A stretch of 64,000 nt of DNA, from positions 27,897,648-27,961,647 of the forward strand of contig NC_092673.1 in assembly GCF_964355755.1 (NCBI RefSeq). Reading direction: 5' to 3'. Both the position numbers and the translations under genes were made by a program. This DNA comes from Antedon mediterranea. Taxonomy: Eukaryota; Animalia; Echinodermata. Positions 32,641-46,400 of the stretch are shown piece after piece. The notes under the pieces were generated by a model that saw only the letters and a list, made by a program, of their open reading frames with translations, made no database searches and was not told the origin of the DNA. The stretch's first letter is position 1. Every line of letters starts with the position of its first letter.

Positions 32641-34056
32641 GTTGGCAGATTAAGTTATTTGTTGGTTTTTATCAGTCTAATTCACATGAAAACGGTTACT
32701 TTTTTTTATTTAAATTGAGTTAAAAATACATTAATAGTGTGCAATCGATAGTCTAATCTATACCTTACCAATTTTCTAAGTGATTATGTTGAATTCGAAC
32801 TATTATTTACTTTACTATTATGTTATGTTATGTTAAAAAATGTTGCAAATTTAGATTTCGTTGCCTTTTTTCATATAGACATATCACTAGTGTCTAGTGT
32901 GTAATTAAAACAATATTTAAATCGAGTTATAATAATAATGTACAATAATCGGTACCGGTGTCGATCTTTATGAGTGTAATTATTTAGTTTATCTGAAAAA
33001 TATTCTTAAATTATATTATTTTGATCGAAATAATGATTTTGATATAATATTGATTGTTCAAAATGTTACCCTAAAATACAAATCTGCTGTTGGTTAGTTT
33101 AAGTGTTTTTGTTGGTGTTATTTATTATTCCAAAATAAAGATATATTTCAATTATAAAATAAAAGTCACACGTTATCGTGAATGTGTTTGTATTATCAAC
33201 ATTGTTAATCACGAATGGAGCCTCGGGCATTTGAGCTGCTGTGTACCGGATAAAGTGGAAAAAAAACACATTTTTTTCAAAAATGATTACACACTTCATG
33301 GATAAACCCATTTTGGGCGAGTTCCTAAGAGTTTGATGTTTGATGATTTGGTACAGGAAACAACTGCTCTCTTTATTTATTGTTTTAGCATTCTACTGTG
33401 TATTTATTGTCAGTCCGAGTCCGTATCACGTATTTCTAACTCAGCTGAACGCCATTAGACGACATACGCACCGAGTATATAGCCGAATAGGGGGAAACTG
33501 CGGACCTTTAGGGCTGCTGTCTGAGCTTATGTACAGGATAAAGTTGCTGTCATTGGTGTTTTTGACATCCCCAATATATACTGCTGCCATTAAAAAAAGA
33601 TTCAACCTTGTATCGCTTCACATGAATAAACCCATTTGGGCGTGGCCCTAAAATGTTGCTGTTTGGCGCCCCGTACAGGATAAAGTTGCTGTCATTGGTG
33701 ATGTTATCATTAGTAGCCCACTGCGAATGATATCCAAAAAAGTTTATCCTTGTATCGCTTCACATAAATAAATTAATTTTTACCCCCCTATGTTATGATC
33801 CCCACAGGCCCTATGTACAGGCTGTGACCCGGCAGCAATGTCGAATATTGCATCTCGCCCTAATACGCACCTAACTACATCATCAAACCTTTTGTATCTT
33901 TTCACATGAATAAATCTTCCGGGCGCCCGGTCTATATGTGCAAGCCGGACACGCGAGAACCTTGTGGGATTTGTAAAGTGCGACAGTGTTGGCGATGGGA
34001 CATTCCCCTAAATTACGGCGTGAACAAAATCATTTTAATTTGGTGGTGTGGGGTGG

Positions 34057-36426
34057 CAGTGGTGGCGCCAGCCGGGGGGCTACGGGGGCTCTAGCCCCCT
34101 CGTCGGGGAGCCTAGCCCCCCCCCCCCCCCCCCCCCCGTTGGGGAACACGGGTACTTTTTGTCGGGGAATATAATATACAATAAAAAACGTTCGCGTTCA
34201 CTTCATATAGCTTCAGCGCCTAGAAAACCACGACGTTCAATTGACCGTGAGAGTACGTCAGAGGGCTAATATGCACTTTTATGCATTCATTATTGCCAGC
34301 GATCTAACTTACTACTAAACATTAGCTAGGTACGCACTTGTCTGGCGGTATCCCTTTGTACGAATCGTTCAACGTTGGGTCGAGACGCGTGATATCAAGT
34401 TTCATCCAGGGACCAAAATGTGTAATGTAGTTATTTTCCAAGCGAAGTTTACCGACGGTTACCGAAGGGAACGCGTGTACTTTTTGTCGGAGAATATGAT
34501 ATAAGCCGTGGTTAGGATTCCGGCACCGGAACTCAACTGCCCACCGTTAGGGAATCCGACAGGCTATTGCGCATGCCCAGAGCGAGGTAATCGGCGACTC
34601 TATACTTAATTATCAACAGCGATGGATCATTTCATAGCGAACTAGCCTAGATGCCTACTAATGGGATCCACTAATCTAGGCTAGGGCTACCAGTTAGACG
34701 TGACCAGTGGGCCTATAGTATTTATTTTGTAATTAAAAAGTGGTTGCTTCATTCATATATAAAATTCATATCATTTTGAATTATATAATTACATGACTAG
34801 TTTTATAATTTTTCATAACGCATTATACTGTACATAATAACAACATGCAATCACAAGTTGATTTGTTGACGGCAGCCACCGCGTGGATGTGAAAAAACTG
34901 TTCGGGAAGTCAGGGTCGCAACGCTAAAAAAGAATTACGATTCTTAGATAGATACTGATACTTATTAATATCATTATAATTATTTTAACGCGTTGCGTAG
35001 TCGTATTTTAATTACTAATTCATGTATGGCATACGCCAAGTTTCATCCATCGCTCTCTCGCTCGCGCAACGACTATCTAGGCTACAGTAAATCCCTATAA
35101 CACTCCGACTCTCCGTGATACTATTGCAAGCTATAATTCACTTCCCAGAGCTCTGGGCATGCGCAATAGTGTGTCGGATTCCCTAACGGTGAGCAGTTGA
35201 GTTCCGGTGCCGGAATCCTAACCACGGCGTATAACATACAGTAAAAAGCGTTCGCGTTCACTTCGTAGCTAGCTTCAGCGCCTAGAAAACCGCGACGTTT
35301 CATTGACCGTGAGAGTACGTCAGAGTGATATTATGCAATTTATATGCATTCATTATTGCCAGCGATCTAACTTACTACTAAAAAATAGCTAGGTACGCAC
35401 TTGTCTGGCGGTATCCCTTTGTACGAATCGTTCAACGTTGGGTCGAGACGCGTGATATCATGTTCCATCCAGGGACCAAAATGTGTACTGTAGTTATTTT
35501 CCAGGCGAAGTTTACCGACGGTTACGTCCTGTACTGCGTCGACGTACGCTACATCACTACAGCAAAAACGAATTATGTTAATTGTTCGTATGTTCACCAA
35601 TTTTTTAATTTACAAGTAACCTTCTGTACCGTGGGGCACCTAAAATAAATTTTTCATCCATTACTAAACAAAAAAACATGCCATTTTCGCTTAGCCAACA
35701 TCTTATTATAGCTAAGTTATTACATTTTCAATATCCTGTATGTCATGAATTTCTCTCACCACTCGGAAGTCCAGATGGTACGCATGCATACACCTGGGAG
35801 GAATAAACTTATTTCCCCGACTGAAAAAGGTCTACGCTTGCGTTTTTTAAGCCTCTAGGCCTGATGTTTCCAAAGTATAAAATGCAATTTTTTGAAGACC
35901 TGCAGCTCTAGTTTTAAACATTTTCTTAGCTCAGCCCCAACAATAAAGCTGGTCATATTTCGAAGAACAAGAAGTACATTTTCCGGGACCTAACATCTCT
36001 ATTTTTCAAACATTTCTTAGCTCAGTCACAACCATGATAGGGACTTATACATTTTTTTTTTCATGTTTTGAAGTATAATAAGTCCAATTTCCGGGACCTC
36101 CAACTCTATTTTTCTAAATTTTCTTTGAACTATTAATTTTTAAATTGAAAAATATGGATTGAAACAGTCATCGCGCATCGTTTTTTTGCACGCAGTATTT
36201 TATTTATGCATTATAAAAAATGGAAAAAATGGCTACCCTAAATCTGATTAAAAAGACCTCAAATGACGCTAGAACGCGTTGCTTCCGGTGGTGTCACCCC
36301 CTGGACCCCCACCGGGGGCCCTTGGCGGCCCCCTGGCCCCCCAGCCTAGTGATGCTCGCTTCGCTCGCATAGCCCCTCGTCGGGGAATGTAGTCCCCGCG
36401 TCGGGAAGATCCTGGCGCCACCCCTG
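34057..36426. mobile_element. Non-autonomous hAT-like element
   Basis: TIRs cagtggtggcgccag / ctggcgccacccctg (14/15), perfect 8-bp TSD tggggtgg, GC-rich subtermini, no transposase ORF. Confidence 0.85.
34504..35229. mobile_element. MULE-like MITE nested in the hAT element
   Basis: ~80-bp TIRs (gccgtggttaggattccggcaccggaactcaactg...); 9-bp TSD tatgatata/tataacata versus empty site tataatata in the upstream duplicate unit. Confidence 0.7.
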
Positions 36427-37414
36427 TGGGGTGGGGTCTAATGACAGGCCTAAGGTGGGTGAGTCTTTATCTACCCTATATGGTGAGGCGTAGGACTGAA
36501 AGCTAAGGGTGCTGTTTTCGGCATATGATAGGCCTAGCCCTATATACTGCATTTTGTTCGAAAACTAATGAGGGTCTTAGGCCTAAACCAACAGTTTTGT
36601 TGTCAGTAATAAAGTACAATCCTTTCAATTCTCTCAAATGACGTCATTGTAATTTACTGCACAGGATGGTCAGCGATGAAAACAAAGTTTAATAGGAGTA
36701 AGTAAAGTAGGCCTAGGTGACGGCCGGAAACCAAAAAAAAAAGGGGTTATCGGGTTTTTGGGCAAATTATGCTAGATTTACTTACAATAATGCTACATTT
36801 TTCGAAAAATGCTAGATCCTTGGAAATATGCTTCAGAATTATGCTAGATTTTCTTAAATTGTAGGCCTCTCTAGAAAATGCTACATGCCAGATGGATCGA
36901 AATCCTGAGCATAATTATGCTAGATGTAGTCCTTTGTAGGATTTTACAGACCTCCCAATGATGACAAATACGGTGCCAACTCGCATTATTATATGAATTG
37001 ATTATAAACAAAGACTGATATTAGTATGTCTAGAGTAGTATGACAGTTTAAATGCAGGCACATTTTGTGATCTTTTATTTAGAAATTGACAATTGTTGCA
37101 TAATTCAATTGTATATGCATCCCTACTTCCATTAATATATGGTCTTAACCTGTCCAAAAAGCAATTTTGTTGAAGGAACAAAGAATTAAATTTTCATTTA
37201 TTATTGTTGTTGTTGCTGTCATCGTTGCCGCTGTTTAATTTCTGATAATAGTTGTTGGTACCAATCTTTATTGTATGTGTTGACATCTCTTGACACAACT
37301 ACTGCCATTCAAAACATCAAACTAATGATTTTAAACTAACTTATTCACTTTAAAATCTATACTAAAGAGATATCATAATTATTAATTCATTTTATTTTAA
37401 CTTTTTTTTTTAAG

Positions 37415-40400
37415 TTGAACCTCAAACAACTACTATGCCCTCTACTACTGAGCCCTCAATTACAGAGCCCTCAATTACAGAGCCCTCAATTACTAAGCCA
37501 TCAACCACAGAGCCCTCAACCACAGAGCCATCGACGACAGAGCCATCGACGACAGAGCCCTCAACTACTGAGCCCTCTACTACTGAGCCATCAACTACAG
37601 AGCCCTCAACTACTGAGCCATCAACCACAGCGCCATCGACGACAGAGCCCTCAACTACCGAGCCATCAACCACAGAACCATCTACTACAGAACCATCAAC
37701 TACTGAGCCATCAACTACAGAGCCCTCAACTACAGAGCCATCGACTACTGAACCCTCAACTACTGAACCATCAACTACTGAACCATCAACAACAGAGCCC
37801 TCAACTACTGAGCCATCAACAACAGAGCCCTCAACTACTGAGCCATCAACTACAGAGCCCTCAACCACAGAGCCATCGACTACTGATCCTTCAACTACAG
37901 AGCCCTCAACTACTGAGCCATCAACTACTGAACCATCGACAACAGAGCCATCTACTACAGAACCATCGACTACTGAACCATCTACTACTGAACCATCTAC
38001 TACTGAACCATCTACTACTGAACCATCCACTACAGAACCATCAACAACAGAGCCTTCAACTACTGAACCATCAACAACAGAGCCCTCGACTACTGAGCCA
38101 TCAACTACAGAGCCCTCAACTACTGAGCCATCAACCACAGAACCCTCAACTACTGAACCATCAACAACAGAGCCCTCAACTACTGAGCAATCAACGACAG
38201 AGCCCTTAACTACTGAACCATCAACTACAGAGCCATCTACTACTGAGCCATCAACCACAGAGCCATCTACCACAGAGCCATCTACTACTGAAACATCTAC
38301 TACTGAACCATCAACAACAGAACCCTCAACTACTGAGCCATCAACAACAGAGCCCTCAACTACTGAGCCATCAACTACAGAGCCCTCAACCACAGAGCCA
38401 TCAACCACAGACCCATCAACCACAGAACCATCTACTACTGAACCATCGACAACAGAGCCATCTACTACAGAGCCATCGACCACAGAGCCATCAACCACAG
38501 AGCCCTCAACAACTGAACCATCTACTACTGAGCCATCAACTACTGAACTATCAACAACAGAGCCATCAACTACAGAGCCATCAACTACAGAGCCATCAAC
38601 TACTGAACCATCAACTACTGAACCATCAACTACTGAACCATCAACTACTGAGCCCTCAACTACTGAGCCATCAACAACAGAGCCCTCAACTACTGAGCCA
38701 TCAACTACAGAGCCCTCAACCACAGAGCCATCGACTACTGAGCCTTCAACTACAGAGCCCTCAACTACTGAGCCATCAACTACAGAGCCCTCAACTACTG
38801 AGCCATCAACCACAGAACCATCTACTACTGAACCATCAACGACAGAGCCCTCAACTACTGAGCCATCTACTACTGAACCATCAACAACAGAGCCCTCAAC
38901 TACTGAGCCATCAACTACAGAGCCATCAACTACTGAACCCTCAACTACTGAACCATCTACTACTGAACCATCGACAACAGAGCCATCTACTACAGAGCCA
39001 TCGACTACTGAAATCTCAACTACTGAACCCTCAACTACTGAGCCATCGACTACTGAACCCTCAACTACTGAACCATCTACTACTGAACCATCGACAACAG
39101 AGCCATCTACTACAGAACCATCAACAACAGAGCCCTCAACTACTGAACCATCAACAACAGAGCCCTCAACTACTGAACCATCAACGACGGAGCCCTCAAC
39201 TACTGAACCATCAACAACAGAGCCCTCAACTACTGAGCCATCAACTACAGAGCAATCTACTACAGAGCCATCTACTACTGAACCATCTACTACTGAACCA
39301 TCTACTACTGAACCATCTACTACTGAACCGTCAACAACAGAGCCCTCAACTACTGAGCCATCAACAACAGAGCCCTCAACTACTGAGCCATCAACTACAG
39401 AGCCCTCAACTACTGAGCCATCAACCACTGAGCCCTCAACTACTGAGCCATCAACTACAGAGCCCTCAACTACTGAGCCATCAACTACAGAACCATCTAC
39501 TACTGAACCATCAACGACAGAGCCCTCAACTACTGAACCATCTACTACTGAACCATCAACAACAGAGCCCTCAACTACTGAGCCATCAACTACAGAGCCA
39601 TCAACTACTGAACCCTCAACTACTGAACCATCTACTACTGAACCATCGACAACAGAGCCATCTACTACAGAGCCATCGACTACTGAAATCTCAACTACTG
39701 AACACTCAACTACTGAGCCATCAACTACAGATCCCTCAACTACTGAACCATCTACTACAGAACCATCAACGACAGAGCCCTCAACTACTGAACCATCTAC
39801 TACTGAGCCATCAACTACTGAACCATCAACAACAGAGCCCTCAACCACAGAGCCATCAACAACAGAGCCATCTACTACAGAGCCATCGACTACTGAACCC
39901 TCAACTACTGAACCATCTACTACTGAACCATCAACAACAGAGCCCTCAACTACTGAACCATCAACAACAGAGCCCTCAACTACTGAGCCATCAACTACAG
40001 AGCCCTTAACTACTGAGCCATCAACCACAGAACCATCTACTACTGAACCATCAACGACAGAGCCCTCAACTACTGAGCCATCTACTACTGAACCTTCAAC
40101 AACAGAGCCCTCAACTACTGAGCCATCAACTACAGAGCCATCAACTACTGAACCCTCAACTACTGAACCATCTACTACTGAACCATCGACAACAGAGCCA
40201 TCTACTACAGAGCCATCGACTACTGAAATCTCAACTACTGAACCCTCAACTACTGAGCCATCAACTACAGATCCCTCAACTACTGAACCATCTACTACAG
40301 AACAATCAACGACAGAGCCCTCAACTACTGAACCATCTACTACTGAGCCATCAACTACTGAACCATCAACAACAGAGCCCTCAACCACAGAGCCATCAAC

Positions 40401-43400
40401 AACAGAGCCATCTACTACAGAGCCATCGACTACTGAACCCTCAACTACTGAACCATCTACTACTGAACCATCAACAACAGAGCCCTCAACTACTGAACCA
40501 TCAACAACAGAGCCCTCAACTACTGAGCCATCAACTACAGAGCCCTCAACTACTGAGCCATCAACCACAGAACCATCTACTACTGAACCATCAACCACAG
40601 AACCATCTACTACTGAACCATCAACGACAGAGCCCTCAACTACTGAGCCATCTACTACTGAACCGTCAACAACAGAGCCCTCAACTACTGAACCATCAAC
40701 TACAGAGCCCTCAACCACAGAGCCATCGACTACTGAGCCTTCAACTACAGAGCCCTCAACTACTGAGCCATCAACCACAGAACCATCAACTACTGAACCA
40801 TCGACAACAGAGCCATCTACTACAGAGCCATCGACTACTGAACCATCTACTACTGAACCATCTACTACTGAACCATCAACAACAGAACCCTCAACTACTG
40901 AGCCATCAACAACAGAGCCCTCAACTACGGAGCCATCAACTACAGAGCCTTCAACCACAGAGCCATCAACCACAGAACCATCTACTACTGAACCATCGAC
41001 AACAGAGCCATCTACTACAGAGCCATCGACTACCGAACCCTCAACTACTGAACCATCTACTACTGAACCATCGACAACAGAGCCATCTACTACAGAACCA
41101 TCAACAACAGAGCCCTCAACTACTGAACCATCAACGACAGAGCCCTCAACTACTGAGCCATCAACAACAGAGCCCTCAACAACAGAGCCCTCAACTACAG
41201 AGCCATCAACTACAGAGCCATCTACTACAGAGCCATCTACTACTGAACCATCTACTACTGAACCATCAACAACAGAGCCATCTACTACTGAACCATCTAC
41301 TACTGAACCATCAACAACAGAGCCCTCAACTACTGAGCCATCAACTACAGAGCCCTCAACTACTGAGCCATCGACCACAGAACCATCTACTACTGAACCA
41401 TCAACGACAGAACCATCTACTACAGAACCATCAACGACAGAGCCCTCAACTACTGAACCATCTACTACTGAGCCATCAACTACTGAACCATCAACAACAG
41501 AGCCCTCAACCACAGAGCCGTCAACCACAGAGCCATCTACAACAGAGCCATCTACTACACAGCTATCGACTACTGAACCCTCAACTACTGAACCATCTAC
41601 TACTGAACCATCAACAACAGAGCCCTCAACAACAGAGCTCTCAACAACAGAGCTCTCAACTACTGAGCCATCAACTACAGAACCATCTACTACTGAACCA
41701 TCAACGACAGAGCCCTCAACTACTGAGCCATCTACTACTGAACCATCAACAACCGAGCCCTCAACTACTGAGCCATCAACTACAGAGCCCTCAACCACAG
41801 AGCCATCGACTACTGAGCCTTCAACTACAGAGCCCTCAACTACTGAGCCATCAACCACAGAACCATCGACTACTGAACCATCGACAACAGAGCCATCTAC
41901 TACAGAACCATCGACTACTGAACCATCTACTACTGAACCATCTACTACTGAACCATCAACAACAGAACCCTCACCTACTGAGCCATCAACAACAGAGCCC
42001 TCAACTACGGAGCCATCAACTACAGAGCCTTCAACAACAGAGCCATCAACCACAGAACCATCTACTACTGAACCATCGACAACAGAGCCATCTACTACAG
42101 AGCCATCGACTACCGAACCCTCAACTACTGAACCATCTACTACTGAACCATCGACAACAGAGCCATCTACTACAGAACCATCAACAACAGAGCCCTCAAC
42201 TACTGAACCATCAACGACAGAGCCCTCAACTACTGAGCCATCAACAACAGAGCCCTCAACAACAGAGCCCTCAACTACAGAGCCATCAACTACAGAGCCA
42301 TCTACTACAGAGCCATCTACTACTGAACCATCTACTACTGAACCATCAACAACAGAGCCATCTACTACTGAACCATCTACTACTGAACCATCAACAACAG
42401 AGCCCTCAACTACTGAGCCATCAACAACAGAGCCCTCAACTACTGAGCCATCAACTACAGAGCCCTCAACTACTGAGCCATCGACCACAGAACCATCTAC
42501 TACTGAACCATCAACGACAGAACCATCTACTACAGAACCATCAACGACAGAGCCCTCAACTACTGAACCATCTACTACTGAGCCATCAACTACTGAACCA
42601 TCAACAACAGAGCCCTCAACCACAGAGCCGTCAACCACAGAGCCATCAACAACAGAGCCATCTACTACACAGCCATCGACTACTGAACCCTCAACTACTG
42701 AACCATCTACTACTGAACCATCAACAACAGAGCCCTCAACTACTGAACCATCAACAACAGAGCTCTCAACTACTGAGCCATCAACCACAGAGCCCTCAAC
42801 CACAGAGCCATCGACAACAGAGCCATCGACGACAGAGCCCTCAACTACTGAGCCCTCTACTACTGAGCCATCAACTACAGAGCCCTCAACTACTGAGCCA
42901 TCAACCACAGCGCCATCGACGACAGAGCCCTCAACTACCGAGCCATCAACCACAGAACCATCTACTACAGAACCATCAACTACTGAGCCATCAACTACAG
43001 AACCCTCAACTACAGAGCCATCGACTACTGAACCCTCAACTACTGAACCATCAACTACTGAACCATCAACAACAGAGCCCTCAACTACTGAGCCATCAAC
43101 AACAGAGCCCTCAACTACTGAGCCATCAACTACAGAGCCCTCAACCACAGAGCCATCGACTACTGATCCTTCAACTACAGAGCCCTCAACTACTGAGCCA
43201 TCAACTACTGAACCATCGACAACAGAGCCATCTACTACAGAACCATCGACTACTGAACCATCTACTACTGAACCATCTACTACTGAACCATCTACTACTG
43301 AACCATCCACTACAGAACCATCAACAACAGAGCCTTCAACTACTGAACCATCAACAACAGAGCCCTCGACTACTGAGCCATCAACTACAGAGCCCTCAAC

Positions 43401-46400
43401 TACTGAGCCATCAACCACAGAACCCTCAACTACTGAACCATCAACAACAGAGCCCTCAACTACTGAGCAATCAACGACAGAGCCCTTAACTACTGAACCA
43501 TCAACTACAGAGCCATCTACTACTGAGCCATCAACCACAGAGCCATCTACCACAGAGCCATCTACTACTGAAACATCTACTACTGAACCATCAACAACAG
43601 AACCCTCAACTACTGAGCCATCAACAACAGAGCCCTCAACTACTGAGCCATCAACTACAGAGCCCTCAACCACAGAGCCATCAACCACAGACCCATCAAC
43701 CACAGAACCATCTACTACTGAACCATCGACAACAGAGCCATCTACTACAGAGCCATCGACCACAGAGCCATCAACCACAGAGCCCTCAACAACTGAACCA
43801 TCTACTACTGAGCCATCAACTACTGAACTATCAACAACAGAGCCATCAACTACAGAGCCATCAACTACAGAGCCATCAACTACTGAACCATCAACTACTG
43901 AACCATCAACTACTGAACTATCAACTACTGAGCCCTCAACTACTGAGCCATCAACAACAGAGCCCTCAACTACTGAGCCATCAACTACAGAGCCCTCAAC
44001 CACAGAGCCATCGACTACTGAGCCTTCAACTACAGAGCCCTCAACTACTGAGCCATCAACTACAGAGCCCTCAACTACTGAGCCATCAACCACAGAACCA
44101 TCTACTACTGAACCATCAACGACAGAGCCCTCAACTACTGAGCCATCTACTACTGAACCATCAACAACAGAGCCCTCAACTACTGAGCCATCAACTACAG
44201 AGCCATCAACTACTGAACCCTCAACTACTGAACCATCTACTACTGAACCATCGACAACAGAGCCATCTACTACAGAGCCATCGACTACTGAAATCTCAAC
44301 TACTGAACCCTCAACTACTGAGCCATCGACTACTGAACCCTCAACTACTGAACCATCTACTACTGAACCATCGACAACAGAGCCATCTACTACAGAACCA
44401 TCAACAACAGAGCCCTCAACTACTGAACCATCAACAACAGAGCCCTCAACTACTGAACCATCAACGACGGAGCCCTCAACTACTGAACCATCAACAACAG
44501 AGCCCTCAACTACTGAGCCATCAACTACAGAGCAATCTACTACAGAGCCATCCACTACTGAACCATCTACTACTGAACCATCTACTACTGAACCATCTAC
44601 TACTGAACCGTCAACAACAGAGCCCTCAACTACTGAGCCATCAACAACAGAGCCCTCAACTACTGAGCCATCAACTACAGAGCCCTCAACTACTGAGCCA
44701 TCAACCACTGAGCCCTCAACTACTGAGCCATCAACTACAGAGCCCTCAACTACTGAGCCATCAACTACAGAACCATCTACTACTGAACCATCAACGACAG
44801 AGCCCTCAACTACTGAACCATCTACTACTGAACCATCAACAACAGAGCCCTCAACTACTGAGCCATCAACTACAGAGCCATCAACTACTGAACCCTCAAC
44901 TACTGAACCATCTACTACTGAACCATCGACAACAGAGCCATCTACTACAGAGCCATCGACTACTGAAATCTCAACTACTGAACACTCAACTACTGAGCCA
45001 TCAACTACAGATCCCTCAACTACTGAACCATCTACTACAGAACCATCAACGACAGAGCCCTCAACTACTGAACCATCTACTACTGAGCCATCAACTACTG
45101 AACCATCAACAACAGAGCCCTCAACCACAGAGCCATCAACAACAGAGCCATCTACTACAGAGCCATCGACTACTGAACCCTCAACTACTGAACCATCTAC
45201 TACTGAACCATCAACAACAGAGCCCTCAACTACTGAACCATCAACAACAGAGCCCTCAACTACTGAGCCATCAACTACAGAGCCCTTAACTACTGAGCCA
45301 TCAACCACAGAACCATCTACTACTGAACCATCAACGACAGAGCCCTCAACTACTGAGCCATCTACTACTGAACCTTCAACAACAGAGCCCTCAACTACTG
45401 AGCCATCAACTACAGAGCCATCAACTACTGAACCCTCAACTACTGAACCATCTACTACTGAACCATCGACAACAGAGCCATCTACTACAGAGCCATCGAC
45501 TACTGAAATCTCAACTACTGAACCCTCAACTACTGAGCCATCAACTACAGATCCCTCAACTACTGAACCATCTACTACAGAACAATCAACGACAGAGCCC
45601 TCAACTACTGAACCATCTACTACTGAGCCATCAACTACTGAACCATCAACAACAGAGCCCTCAACCACAGAGCCATCAACAACAGAGCCATCTACTACAG
45701 AGCCATCGACTACTGAACCCTCAACTACTGAACCATCTACTACTGAACCATCAACAACAGAGCCCTCAACTACTGAACCATCAACAACAGAGCCCTCAAC
45801 TACTGAGCCATCAACTACAGAGCCCTCAACTACTGAGCCATCAACCACAGAACCATCTACTACTGAACCATCAACCACAGAACCATCTACTACTGAACCA
45901 TCAACGACAGAGCCCTCAACTACTGAGCCATCTACTACTGAACCGTCAACAACAGAGCCCTCAACTACTGAACCATCAACTACAGAGCCCTCAACCACAG
46001 AGCCATCGACTACTGAGCCTTCAACTACAGAGTCCTCAACTACTGAGCCATCAACCACAGAACCATCAACTACTGAACCATCGACAACAGAGCCATCTAC
46101 TACAGAGCCATCGACTACTGAACCATCTACTACTGAACCATCTACTACTGAACCATCAACAACAGAACCCTCAACTACTGAGCCATCAACAACAGAGCCC
46201 TCAACTACGGAGCCATCAACTACAGAGCCTTCAACCACAGAGCCATCAACCACAGAACCATCTACTACTGAACCATCGACAACAGAGCCATCTACTACAG
46301 AGCCATCGACTACCGAACCCTCAACTACTGAACCATCTACTACTGAACCATCGACAACAGAGCCATCTACTACAGAACCATCAACAACAGAGCCCTCAAC

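Larger units (their letters stand above)
29486..33931. repeat. Large inverted repeat (foldback-like): arms ~29486-30746 and ~32595-33931
   Basis: Arms are near-identical reverse complements (mirror ORFs in the track); right arm has an ~85-bp insertion near 33328-33410; ~143-bp subrepeats in the arms. Confidence 0.9.

Noticed and set aside
29766-33651. Pairs of similar ~100-aa ORFs on opposite strands
   Set aside because: Mirror images produced by the inverted-repeat arms; no recognisable domain, and the reading frames differ between arms.
36740-36930. Clustered atgctaga motifs before the giant exon
   Set aside because: Looks like subterminal repeats of a decayed transposon; no termini or function can be supported.
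37415-38209. Q/L/S/H-rich ORFs (37415, 48338, 58489)
   Set aside because: Alternative-frame readings of the EPSTT repeat, interrupted by stops.
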